A stretch of 44,311 nt of DNA, counting the filler, from Catajapyx aquilonaris (Eukaryota), in NCBI GenBank assembly GCA_000934665.2. It is 2 parts of 2 records of this genome, joined end to end, with 100 filler letters (N's around TTAATTAATTAA, not from the genome) between each part and the next. Parts side by side here need not be neighbours in the genome. Positions count along the whole stretch, not along the records: positions 1 to 22,033 come from JYFJ02005933.1; 1 more part is not named here. One strand, 5' to 3'. The position numbers and the translations under genes were made by a program. The notes beneath the pieces were generated by a model. It saw nothing but the letters and a program-made list of their open reading frames with translations, searched no databases and was not told the DNA's origin. Below are positions 1 to 10,900 of the stretch, piece after piece (position 1 is the first letter of the stretch; each line of letters begins with the position of its first letter).

Positions 1-982
1 ATTTACTAGAGTCAGGAGTGACGTGTACAAGCACCAATTTTTATTTTGGGCGGCACAATTGTCCACCCAAAATATGAAGTCTGTGACATCTCGTTCCTGG
101 CTTATGACTTTGTGAAAAGCGGAAGTCACATCTTCTTTCGATCGTCCGGAAATGGCTTCATGCCACAGCACGATGTATTTCGTACTCTTGTCCAGTGCCG
201 CGAAAGTCTGATTAAATACAACCAAACGGGAAGTAAACAGAATTGATGTCTCTGTCAACAACTTACTGGGGTAGAACGAGCAGCATGCTAAACTCGAACT
301 TGCTGTAACTCCTTACCTGCGTCTTAAGGAAGCAGCAGCTGCAGCTTCAAGCATCCTTGCACCCCTGCTGCAGCTCTTGAAGTTTGTCAAAAACGGCCTG
401 GCCGCCATCTTGGCTTGCTCCAGCATGTAGACTGACAGACTGAGCAGCAGCAACAGCATGCTGTGACATCATCCTTTTGCTGCCTTATTATTGGCTCCAT
501 GAGGATGATGCCTCATAATATAATGTTTACGTATCGGCCATATTGGATAATTCAGGGGCAAATGGCATTAAGCCTCATATGTTTCAAGGAAGAGTTTTGT
601 TTGCTGTGTGTTTTCACAAAGAATAAGGCATTAAGCCACCCATAATTCCCTTTGCCATATATATTCTTCTTTTATATCGGAAAGAATTTTCTAATGAAAA
701 GGAATTATGAGCTTGTAATGCTTTTTGCTTAGAAAATCCACACCATCATGGAACAGATATTATAATTTTACTGCATTATCTACTCTTCATGCCTTTTGCC
801 TATGAATCATTCAATCAAAGGCTGCAGATAATGCCCCCTGCCTTTAAATATCTGGCGAACTGAGCTACGTAGAGCCACCCACCTCAGACCGTACGATAGA
901 GCTCAGTGAGAGCGTTAATGCCATGCTGATAACTCATTTTGTAAACATTTGTGGGTTAATGCCTTTTGCCAAAAAACGGCCG
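1..982 (-). mobile_element. Partial Sola-like DNA transposon with a transposase fragment
   Basis: Minus-strand frame 270->1 reads ...FTSRLVVFNQTF...LWHEAISGRSKEDVTSAF...FWVDNCAAQNKNW.... This fits the recalled W-x-E...GR / DNCxxQNKN signature of Sola-type DDE transposases. Subterminal GGCATTAA(G/C)C / GCCTTTTGCC motifs recur between about 530 and 980. The end at 982 is approximate. Confidence 0.65.
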
Positions 983-1497
983 CATTGGACTGAGGTCTAA
1001 ATAGACAATGTTGTCACATTTTTATTTATTTATAAATAACACCATTAAATGTTGTACACCAACGTGTAGCAAATTCAGAAAAAGTCCGCGAGCCATAATA
1101 TTTTTAAAATTCCGTGTTAGATTTTTTGTAATTAATTTTAATACTGTCTTCGGATTTGTGTGGCCCCTTAGGTTCATTATTAAAATTAACGTCCTGCTAA
1201 GTAGCATATAAATGCAGTGGCAGCAATTTTTACCACACCCCACAGAAATTCACAGTTCAAGATCTAATCATATTTATTTCAGTTGTTAACTGTCAAATCA
1301 ACTTAAACATTGGTGTTCGCCTAACTCCATTGTTATGCTTCATTGTTATCTATTCTAGAGTCCAGATAATCTTAACTGTGATTTTTTATCACATTTTGTT
1401 TATTACCCCACCTCTCAATTTTTTGGGGGGTGGGCGAACTACACTGGGGATGGGCAAGTAGAAAGAGTATCTCATTGTCAGTCTGAAGTAAGGGTTA

Positions 1498-1627
1498 AGG
1501 TGCGTTTACATGTGAGTGATTTGATTGCGCGATGTTATCGCACAGTTACAATCATGGTAACAATCGATTTTCACCCCAAACAATTGGATTCATCGCACGA
1601 TCAAATCACTCACATGTAAACGCACCT
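1498..1627. mobile_element. PIF/Harbinger-like MITE
   Basis: TIRs of about 40 bp (AGGTGCGTTTACATGTGAGTGATTTGAT...), flanked by TTA on both sides. Confidence 0.8.
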
Positions 1628-1870
1628 TTAGGATTGAGAAGTTGTGCTGAACAATCATGAACATCACTACATGAATTGGCTGAGTAAGTTATGATCTTAT
1701 TGTTTTGTAAATGGGTGACCAGTGACTGATTGGAAAACTGAGGTTTTTGTGTTCCATCCATTACGCAAAAACTACCCAAGTTCTTTTTCAAAAGCTGATA
1801 CTGCATTTGTGATAACAAATTTTCTTGGGGTCTGAAAAGTCATGATTTGCATTACACACACACACACACG

Positions 1871-2266
1871 TACTCTTGTCTTGACTAAGGCGTGGGGACG
1901 GACATTGATCACTTTTCACTGCGAGTGTAAACTGATCTAACCTAACCTAACCTGACCTAACCTAACCTAACCTAACCTAACCTACCCTACCTAACCTACC
2001 CTACCTAACCTACCCTACCTAACCTACCCTACCTAACCTACCCTACCCTAAGTAACCTAGGCTGAGAAAAATGGACTTTTGTGAAACCCTACAAATGAAA
2101 ATAGTGGGGACATGTCCCCACTAATTTACACATGTCCCCACTGTAATGGTACACTTCGCGTGTGTGAGACTGTGGGGACCGACAAGTGTCCCCACAATTG
2201 GAACTGGTCCCCACAGCTACAGTAAAACCACAGACTTCCGTCCCCAGACCTTAGTCAAGACCTGAT
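1871..2266. mobile_element. TIR element flanked by (CA)n, with an internal (TAACC)n tract
   Basis: Inverted ends GTCTTGACTAAGG.GTGGGGACGGA / TCCGTCCCCAGA.CCTTAGTCAAGAC. Repeated GTGGGGAC motifs inside. (CCTAA)n and (CCTAACCTAC)n-type repeats at about 1937-2060. CA repeats on both flanks. Confidence 0.7.
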
Positions 2267-3441
2267 CACACATACACACACAAATTTAGTTTGTAGGTCT
2301 TCAAGATTTTGACCAAAATTGGTAACTGTCCTATCCATTACTATTAACAATCAGGGTTACAATGATTGGAAGGTCTGCACTGCTGCTGTTGGGACCCACG
2401 AAACATGACGCCATGTAGGTGGGAACCAAAGAGGGGGGGATGGGGTGGGGAGGAAGCAGGGGATTCAGAGGGTAGACAGGATCTGGCAGTGCACTGGCAG
2501 CAGCGGATTAGATAATGGCATCGGCATCGGATGTACCGCCGACTTGGGCTATGCCAATGGCTAAGATTATATAACAAGACAGTCTTCATTACCGTATGTG
2601 ATGTGGCGTAATTAAAGCAATATTATTGTCGCCACAATGTTATCGCCCAGGCTGAATTGATACGTTACATAGGTTATGGATCCAGTGAAAAAATGCTGTT
2701 GGTCGTAGCTGTATGGCTTTGGGGGGGTCTGTCCGTCTTGTGGCACTGCCAGGCACGGTAAGTTGCATTGCTTGACTATCATAAAAGGTAGTTGCGACCC
2801 GAAAAAGGTTCCACTGCCCTCAATCCTTGTTTCCTTGCACTGGAGAGCGAAGTAAACCACACTACAAAACTGATGGTGGTGTGCCACCCCCTTGTAAGGT
2901 TAGAGCTCTATCACGGGGTAAAATAAATAAATTTAAAAATAAATTAAAAATTAAAACTTTGAACAGTTTGCGNNCACACACCGCACGGAGATGAAACTTA
3001 CACGTTATTGGCGGGAAGGTGCAAGCTCTACTGCCATATCATCAAGGATCTCCTCTGATGTCGTCGCCCAACAGAATAAAATACAAGCCATAACTTTTGG
3101 AGCGGGCCTGTACTTCGTCTGTCGACTGTAGATGGATAGAATTCGTACTACAGGTTTCACAAGACAGTAGGAAATTATACAAGTATGCATATCCTTCTAG
3201 GACTTGTAAAACATTGACCAAAAGTTGTGTCCAATTTTGTATGTAAAACAAAATGCAAAACTATTCAAGTTTAAAATGAGAAAATCATTTTGCTTTTTGA
3301 ACTTTCACTTGCAACTTGCGAAATGTCACTTTGTGTGGAATAATCTTCATGGAAAATAAATTAATGATAATGCCAGGCTTATTTTAATCATTAATTTGAC
3401 CTAAGGATAAATATGTCCCATTCGTTACCTAGATTAATCAT

Positions 3442-3477
<36 letters not shown>

Positions 3478-3500
3478 TAATAATAATAATGGATACCCTG

Positions 3501-4209
3501 ACCGAAGCAGGGGTGGCGGAGGGGAAATGGTATCCGACTGCTAATCGGGAGGTCCTGGGTTCGATCCCCGGGGCCGGCAACCCTAACCGTGGTTTTCTGT
3601 GGTTTCCCATGGTCTCACCAGGTTAATGCCGGGGTTGTTTCCTAAAATAATAGGCCACAGCCGCTTCCTTCCGTCCCTATCCTATCCCCAAAAGCGAAGT
3701 AAAAATGCAAAGAAAGAGTTCCAGTCAAAACATAACTCCCCCTTAAAGAGCCGCCGGCTGATAACGGGGTATGATATTATTATTATTATTACCGAAGCAG
3801 CAGTAGCCGAGGGGATTTGGTATCCGGCTGCGAATCGGGAGGTCCAGGGATCGAATCCCCAGGCCGGCAACTCTGACCGTGGTTTTCTGTGGTTTCCCAC
3901 GGTCACCCCAGGTGAATACCGGAGTTGTTTCCTAAATTAGAAGGCCACAGCCGCTTCCTGCCTTTCCAATCCCTGTCCCATACTGGAGGAGGTGCGGCGT
4001 TTGTGGGAGGTCTCTGACCCGCATCTAGAGGGTCGTCTTGTCAATCTAGCCCTCTGAGGGACTGCACACGTCCTCCACCATGAGACATTGCACTTGCACC
4101 ACTGTCCCCCCCTCTATCCCAGCACTGGAGAGTCAGAAAATGGTGGAAAAAATCTCCCCCCTACATAGGCCAGAAGGCCTCAAGGGTGTAAATAAAAAAT
4201 ATAAAAAAA

Positions 4210-4272
<63 letters not shown>
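3501..4272 (+). mobile_element. Tandem pair of tRNA-derived SINEs (family A at 3501-3790; a variant with a different 3' body at 3791-4272)
   Basis: Both start ACCGAAGCAG and have A/B boxes (GGTTCGATCC, GATCGAATCC) and (ATT)n tails. The pair is flanked by ATAATGGATACCC(T/C)G at 3486-3500 and 4273-4287. Confidence 0.85.
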
Positions 4273-4274
<2 letters not shown>

Positions 4275-4275
<1 letters not shown>

Positions 4276-4531
4276 ATGGATACCCCGTGATAGGCCTCCT
4301 TGGGTCTCTTAGGGGATCATCTTTTATTTAACCGACTTTAATCATTTCCTGCGCTGTGATGGATTTTGATTGTGGGAGGAAACGGGAGAACCCCGAGAAA
4401 ATCCACGCGAACACGGAGAGAACCCATCGAAACTCTATCCACTTAAGTATCCTCTGCGCGACCCGGGGATCAAACTCGGGACCTTAGAGGTGGAAGGCTG
4501 CGGCGCTAACCACTCGGTCACCGTGTTGCCC
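4275..4531 (-). mobile_element. tRNA-derived SINE (family C); its (ATT)n tail is displaced to about 3444-3500 by the SINE-A pair
   Basis: Minus-strand head GGGCAACACGGTGACCGAGTGG...GAGTTTGATCCCC. Homologous to 18737-19009. Confidence 0.8.
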
Positions 4532-4980
4532 TTAGATTATTAATTATTATACCATCATAGATTAATGATAGATTAATATTATACCATCACATGACAACTT
4601 CATTTGAGAATGAACCTATTTTGTTGTTATGATGGTCTTCTACAACTTACTGAAGATGTTATTTCTGAGATGTTCAGGAGAACAGAGTTTTGCTATTTAT
4701 GTGTGCTACATTTCAAATGCATGTCATTTTGTTGTCCCATCCATTACCTGACTTAATGAAATTAAATCACCATGTAAAAACATAAATTACCAATATCTGC
4801 AGTTTCGTAAATGTTAACACCATGACTATGTTGCCCTTGAAATATGTTACATAACATTCAAAAACACTTATACGTTATACCTACATAATTTATATTTGAA
4901 AAAATAAGATCCATTAATTTTGTCCCATCCGTTACCTTGGAATAAGCCATATAATTCACCTTGATATTCATTATTTTCAG

Positions 4981-7900
4981 TCTACTTCAACCAGTTCACC
5001 CGTGGGCCTGTCAGTGACCTAATCAAGCCACCGTATTATAGGCAGCATATGATACCGGCAAGTGAAGGTAAATTAAAATACAGTATATCATTATAAGAAT
5101 GACTGATGTAACCAGATTATCATTATGGTTTTAATTTGTGGGTAAATGTGGGTTTTTGCTCTGATTTTTTTTATAATGTTTGACATGCCACCATTTTTTC
5201 ATTACTATCCAGTCACAATAACAGTGGCAACAGCAATGATTTCATTTAAAACTTTTCAAAATCAGATAATGGTAGAGTAAACCATACAGTGATGGCGCAC
5301 TGTGCCTTGGTTTTTTAAAGGAAGGGTTCAGTGATTTTGCATGTTTGGCTTCAAAGATCAAGGCAGACTCCCTGATTCCAAAATGTGGTCAGTTTTTGAA
5401 TCTGACGCCGCTTAAGCAAATGCTGTTAGGTGAAAGTCAAAATGGCTACTGTATTCGATACGGTACTCATACAGCTGGCACCTCCCGTGGAGATCCCAGT
5501 AACCTGCATGGGCCACCTTTGGCTAAGCATCAATGCTAAGCTGAAGGCGGCCCATGCAGGTTACCGGGATCTCCATGGGAGGTGCTAGCTGTATGAGTAT
5601 CGTATAGAATACAGTAGCCGTTTCAACTTTCACCTGACTGCGTTTGCTTACGTGGCTTGATGAAACAGTTCGTGAAGACATTAAGTAGCCTACTGATGGT
5701 GAATGTTTTCAAGCATGACAATATGCGTTACAGTTTGAAAAATGTAAATAATATCGAAAAATAATGTCCCAATTTTAAAACCCTACAAGTTGAAAACTTG
5801 CAGACATATCCAAATTACTTAAGTTTTGAAATGTTAAGAAATGTCTAAAGGTTTGGTCTCACCTTAGTTTGTTTCAATATGAGCTTCATTTGTCACTCAA
5901 GAAATCAAAAAGATGGTAATCGGTCTTGAGGCAATCCTGCTCAATTGTGTCTGGAAATACTGCTGCGATCCTAACCGTATGTGCTGGAAGTTGACTGGTC
6001 TTTACACCACAAACATTGTTCTTGATGATGCACATGAAAAGTAGCCTCATACAAACAAACCTGCAGAAGGAAAGATTCACTTGTTCAGCCTCCCAGTGTG
6101 TGAAGTCGTGAATGAGAAGTTTCCCAGTGCCTAGCCCCCCAGAAGCCCAGATCTTACCCTGATGGACATTTTTGTGGAGATACATGTATGGTAAAAAGAT
6201 CAGGTATCTCCAACACCTACGAGAAAAGTTCGCAACGGTAACGACACCAGACATGACATGTCTGAACTGGTTAGACAAGACACCGATTGCCATATTTACA
6301 TTTGCCGAGTGACAAATGGAGCTCATATCGAAACAAACTATGGGAAGACCAAAACGTTAGACATTTCTTAACATTTCAAAACTTAATCATTTAGATATGT
6401 CGACAAGTTTTAGAGTTATAGGATTTTAAAATTGGGACATTATTTTTCGAATTTTTTTAAATACTTTTTTCAAACTTTAATGCATATTGTCATGCACCTA
6501 CAACTTGTTGTGAATAAAAAAAGACTATCACTTTATCAAGAGGGTTGTTTAAGCCTAATCTTAAAGGCCAAAACAGAAAAAGATTTTGCGGCAGCGACAA
6601 GCGGCAAACGCGTGCCCCGCCAATTATTATTAATTATTGGCAATAATAAATATAAATAAGAAATATGCCACAACGCGCGCCGTTTGCCGCGCGATTTTTT
6701 TTGGTGAAATGGCCTTAAGACTGCATGACCATAAATGCCTCAGACAGATCATGTCATCATGCGACATGCGTCAAAATGTCACGAAAACTAAAAATTTGGA
6801 ATTGTAGAAAATCTAGAGCTTACAGAGAAAAGCCAACATCAGATTTGAATTCAGCACACTCAAGTTAGGTAAGAACACCTGCTGGTATCAATGCAACAAA
6901 AAATTTGTTGCCCAGTGTTATCATTATTGTTTCAGTTTATGATTTTAATTTGTGTTGTTGCTATGTGGCTTTGTGCTCTGATTTTTTAAAAATGTTCCAC
7001 ATTGTCACCATTTGTTCATTACTATCCCAGCCACAATAACAGTGGCAACAGAAGTGGTTACATTTAAAACTTTTAAAAATCAGAGAATGGTACCTGCATA
7101 TATTTCACCTTGATATTCATTATTTTTAGGCTTCTTCTACCAGTACATCTCATGGATTGGCCAATCTGGGTTAGTGGAGGGTTGCTGGGTCTACGTAATG
7201 TCGCCATCAGATCAAGGTATATTAAAATACAGTTGACTCCAGATATAACAGACTTCAAGGGACTATGAAAAAAAGTCAGTTATAACCAAATCACCGCTTT
7301 TGCAATGAATACACAAGTTTTCTGCTTGATATTTGCAACGTCACCCCAACTCTTGTTTTCTGGCAAAAGAAAACTGAACACACCCTTCCCTAAATCTGGG
7401 GGACGGGGCTGGTCAAGGGTGCAGTCATTCTTTTTAGAGTTAGACTTCTGTTGCCTGTAGATCATTATAATAATGACAACTGTAACCAGATTATGATTCT
7501 TTCATGTTATGGTTTCTAACCCTTTGTCTCCCACGGCCCGATTTCGTTGTATTATACAACCAAACAAAATAATTTTTTGAAATTCACTGGTATAATCCTG
7601 ATGGAAATTTCTTTCCCCATAGCCTTAGGAAATGTTTGTAGTTTCTATGGTCATTAGTATTTACGCCACTTGCTTGATATTTTTAATGGCACAACGTCAT
7701 AGGCCAAAGGATTCATCCATTGCAAGCAATCCGAAACAAACACTTACTGCATGAATTTAAATACACACCGCTCCCTGCAGCTTATTTCCCGGTATGTGGA
7801 CGTCCAGCTGAAAAACATTTTTAAAAATCCCGAAATACTGCTACTTACTTTTCACTGGGGAAAAAATCAGAAGGATCTGTGAAGGGTAGGGAATCTCCCC

Positions 7901-10900
7901 TGGCGCCATTTTAGTCGTAAAAAGCATCCTCGCACCTAATTGGCTGGGCGGACTGCTCCAAGCTCTGGGTGTTGCCCACTTGCTACCTGAGACGCCTTTT
8001 TTGCATCCGGTGGATCACATTACTTCCTTTTGAACCGGACCTTTAAATTTTATTTAACGAACACTTAATGTTTTCATAATTTATCAGAGAGACTGGGCAA
8101 CCATATAGAATTATCTTGGATTTCTTAGAAAGGAAGGAGCCGCATTTAAAGAATTGTGTAGATGACGTAATAAGATGATGTCACCGTCTTGTGGATAGTT
8201 GATGAGGTGGTTGCTGCCCTCTCTCGATATGCAGCGTAGGTTGGTATGTCTCGCAACGTTCAGCTCCCTCTTGTGCATGAATCGAGAGAGAAACCAATGG
8301 TTCCAGATCCAGTGATTTCCACCTAGGGCACTCATTTTAAACCACCACCCGAAGAGTTCAGAATCGCACAGGAGACAAAGGGTTTATTGAAGATCTCGGG
8401 TGAGGAACAATCAAGGTCCATCACGAGTGAAACTGAGATATTGAAATTTCAAATACTTGTAGAAGACCTATAAGGTTCTATTGTAAATCCCACTTTTGAG
8501 GGCTTCCATATTGGACTATGTTCATTACTCCACAACCACGACCTAACCATCATATTCTACACGAGTGAAAGTATCTTCTGCGATATGTAATTCATATTAT
8601 TTTGACAAAAAGTGGACCTTGACCGTTCTTCCCAGAGGTCTTCAATTTGTTGTCGCTACATAATAACAAGTTATTTCATTTAAAACTGTTAAAAATCAAA
8701 TATATGTTCCTGCATATAGTTCACCTTGACATTCATTATTTTCAGTGTTATTGCACATGGCGTTAGTATCAAATAGCAAGCGTGAAAATCCTGAGGATGT
8801 TCAGGGAGCCGCATCAATGCCAACAGCTGGAGGTAAGTTAAAATAGGTTATTACAATTATGACAGATGGACAAGATTGTGGTCAATGCTTCAATTTATGC
8901 TTTTAATTTGTGTTGCTATAATTATGGTCTGATCTTGTTCCACATGTCAGACTTTCTTCATTACTAGCCAAGTCACAATAACAATGGGAACAGAAGTGAT
9001 TTCATTTTAATCTTTTAAGATTCAGAGAATGGTACCTGCATATAACTGACCTTGACATTCATTGTTTTCAGTGCCATTGAACCAGGAGTTCCTATCAAAT
9101 AGGAAGCTTGTGGAAGTGAGTGATAGTCGTGAAAATCCTGAGAATGTTCAGGGAGCCGCATCGATGCCAATAGCTGAAGGTAAGTTAAAATAGGTTATTA
9201 CAATTATGACAGATGGACAAGATTGTGGTCAATGCTTCAATTTATGCTTTTAATTTGTGTTGCTATAATTATGGTTTGATCTTGTTCCACATGTCAGCCT
9301 TTCTTCATTACTAGCCAAGTCACAATAACAATGGGAACAGAAGTGATTTCATTTTAATCTTTTAAGATTCAGAGAATGGTACCTGCATATAACTGACCTT
9401 GACATTCGTTGTTTTCAGTGCCATTGAACCAGGAGTTCCTATCAAATAGGAAACCTGTGGAAGTGACTGATAGTCTTGGAAATCCTGAGGATGTTCAGGG
9501 AGCCACATCGATGCCAATAGCTAGAGGTAAATGAAAATAGGTTATTACAATTATGACAGATGGACAAGATTGTGGTCATTGCTTAAATTTGTTTTTAATT
9601 TGTGTTGCCATAATTGTGGAGTGACCAATCAAAACGCAACATCCACCAACAAAGCCATTTCGAGATATTCAACAAAAACCTATTGCTCCCAAATGGAATG
9701 TGACCAAGAAACAAAATGTGCAGTACGTTATGTCCATATGCAGAGGTGGTTAATGGTGTATGTTAATGAAATCAGGAATTGTCTAGTCACAAGAAAAAAA
9801 TTAATCCATTTTTTTTTTTTGTATTACCCCATTGGGAGTTACATCTCCTTTAGGGGGGTGGAATACCACCATCTGGGTGGAACCGTTATACTAACAACCA
9901 CACGAGCCTCAAGATAGTATTTAGTGTGTTCCAAGGGTAGGTAGGAGGGGATGTGCAAAGTGCAAGTGCAATGTCTCTAATCGTCATTTTGTGAACTCCC
10001 CCGGGTGGCTTAGTCTATCGGAAATTGCCACCCGAAATGAAGCCAGAGATGGCCCAACTCTGCACGGATAAAGGTGGGAACCCCGGGTGGGGATCGAACC
10101 CGGGACCTTAATATCTGTGGGCGCGTACGTTACCACAGCGCCACTTCATCTCCCAAATTAATCCAAATTTGACTTATTGCGTTTTGATTGGGTACATGTG
10201 TCAGATGTTGCGTTTTGATCGTTTATTATCATTGGCCATATTATTAAACTGTGATAAATTCTTAGTATCTTCTATCAGCAGGAACCATGTTACCATATCC
10301 TTGACACTAATTATTATCTAAACACAATGCTAATCATGAGAACATTATTAGCTATTAGTCTTCAAATTTTATTACTTTTACACCCGTCGGGGTTGGAACG
10401 AATCGAAGAGAACAACAAACGTACTACTGTAGTACTGTGTGGGTTGGTTAGCTTACTCTATGGGATTGGTAAGATATCGGCAGCCATTTGTAACAGTTGC
10501 GCATATCCCACTCTCCCATTGGCTGCTTGGCGCATGATGCATTTTGAAGTAGCAGGGACGGAGTAGTAAGATGGAGGGGAAAGCTCCGTAAGCCGCACGC
10601 CAGCTTCTTGGCAGTTTTTGTGTCTGGGGCTTTTCAGTTCGCCGGACGGCCGCCAGTTGTCGCGACAGTCGATTTAGCTTTAGGATCTGGTGATTTACGC
10701 GTGCTTTGAATGGCGAAGCACTGCGTGAACCGCTGATTTTGGCGATTTAACGGAAATGGCTCGTCCTGAGTTGGACAATTTTGATGTGGATGACAACAGT
10801 AGTTATGCACACATATTGCCCTGCCGGTCAAGTAGTGGTGACATTACGGACGGAGCATTACACTACTTGTCAAAAGTTAAGCATCACTCCCAAGGAGAGG

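Noticed and set aside
317..408. Minus-strand ATG exon (MAARPFLTNFKSCSRG...) resembling a mitochondrial presequence
   Set aside because: It lies directly upstream of the Sola-like transposase fragment and is more simply the element's own first exon.
1937..2060. True telomere or chromosome-fusion site
   Set aside because: Short, degenerate and enclosed by TIRs.
4080..4331. Poly-Tyr, poly-Leu, poly-Asn and (IY)n ORFs (also 42038-42332 and 23258-23818)
   Set aside because: The homopolymer runs are translations of (ATT)n SINE tails and an (AT)n microsatellite.
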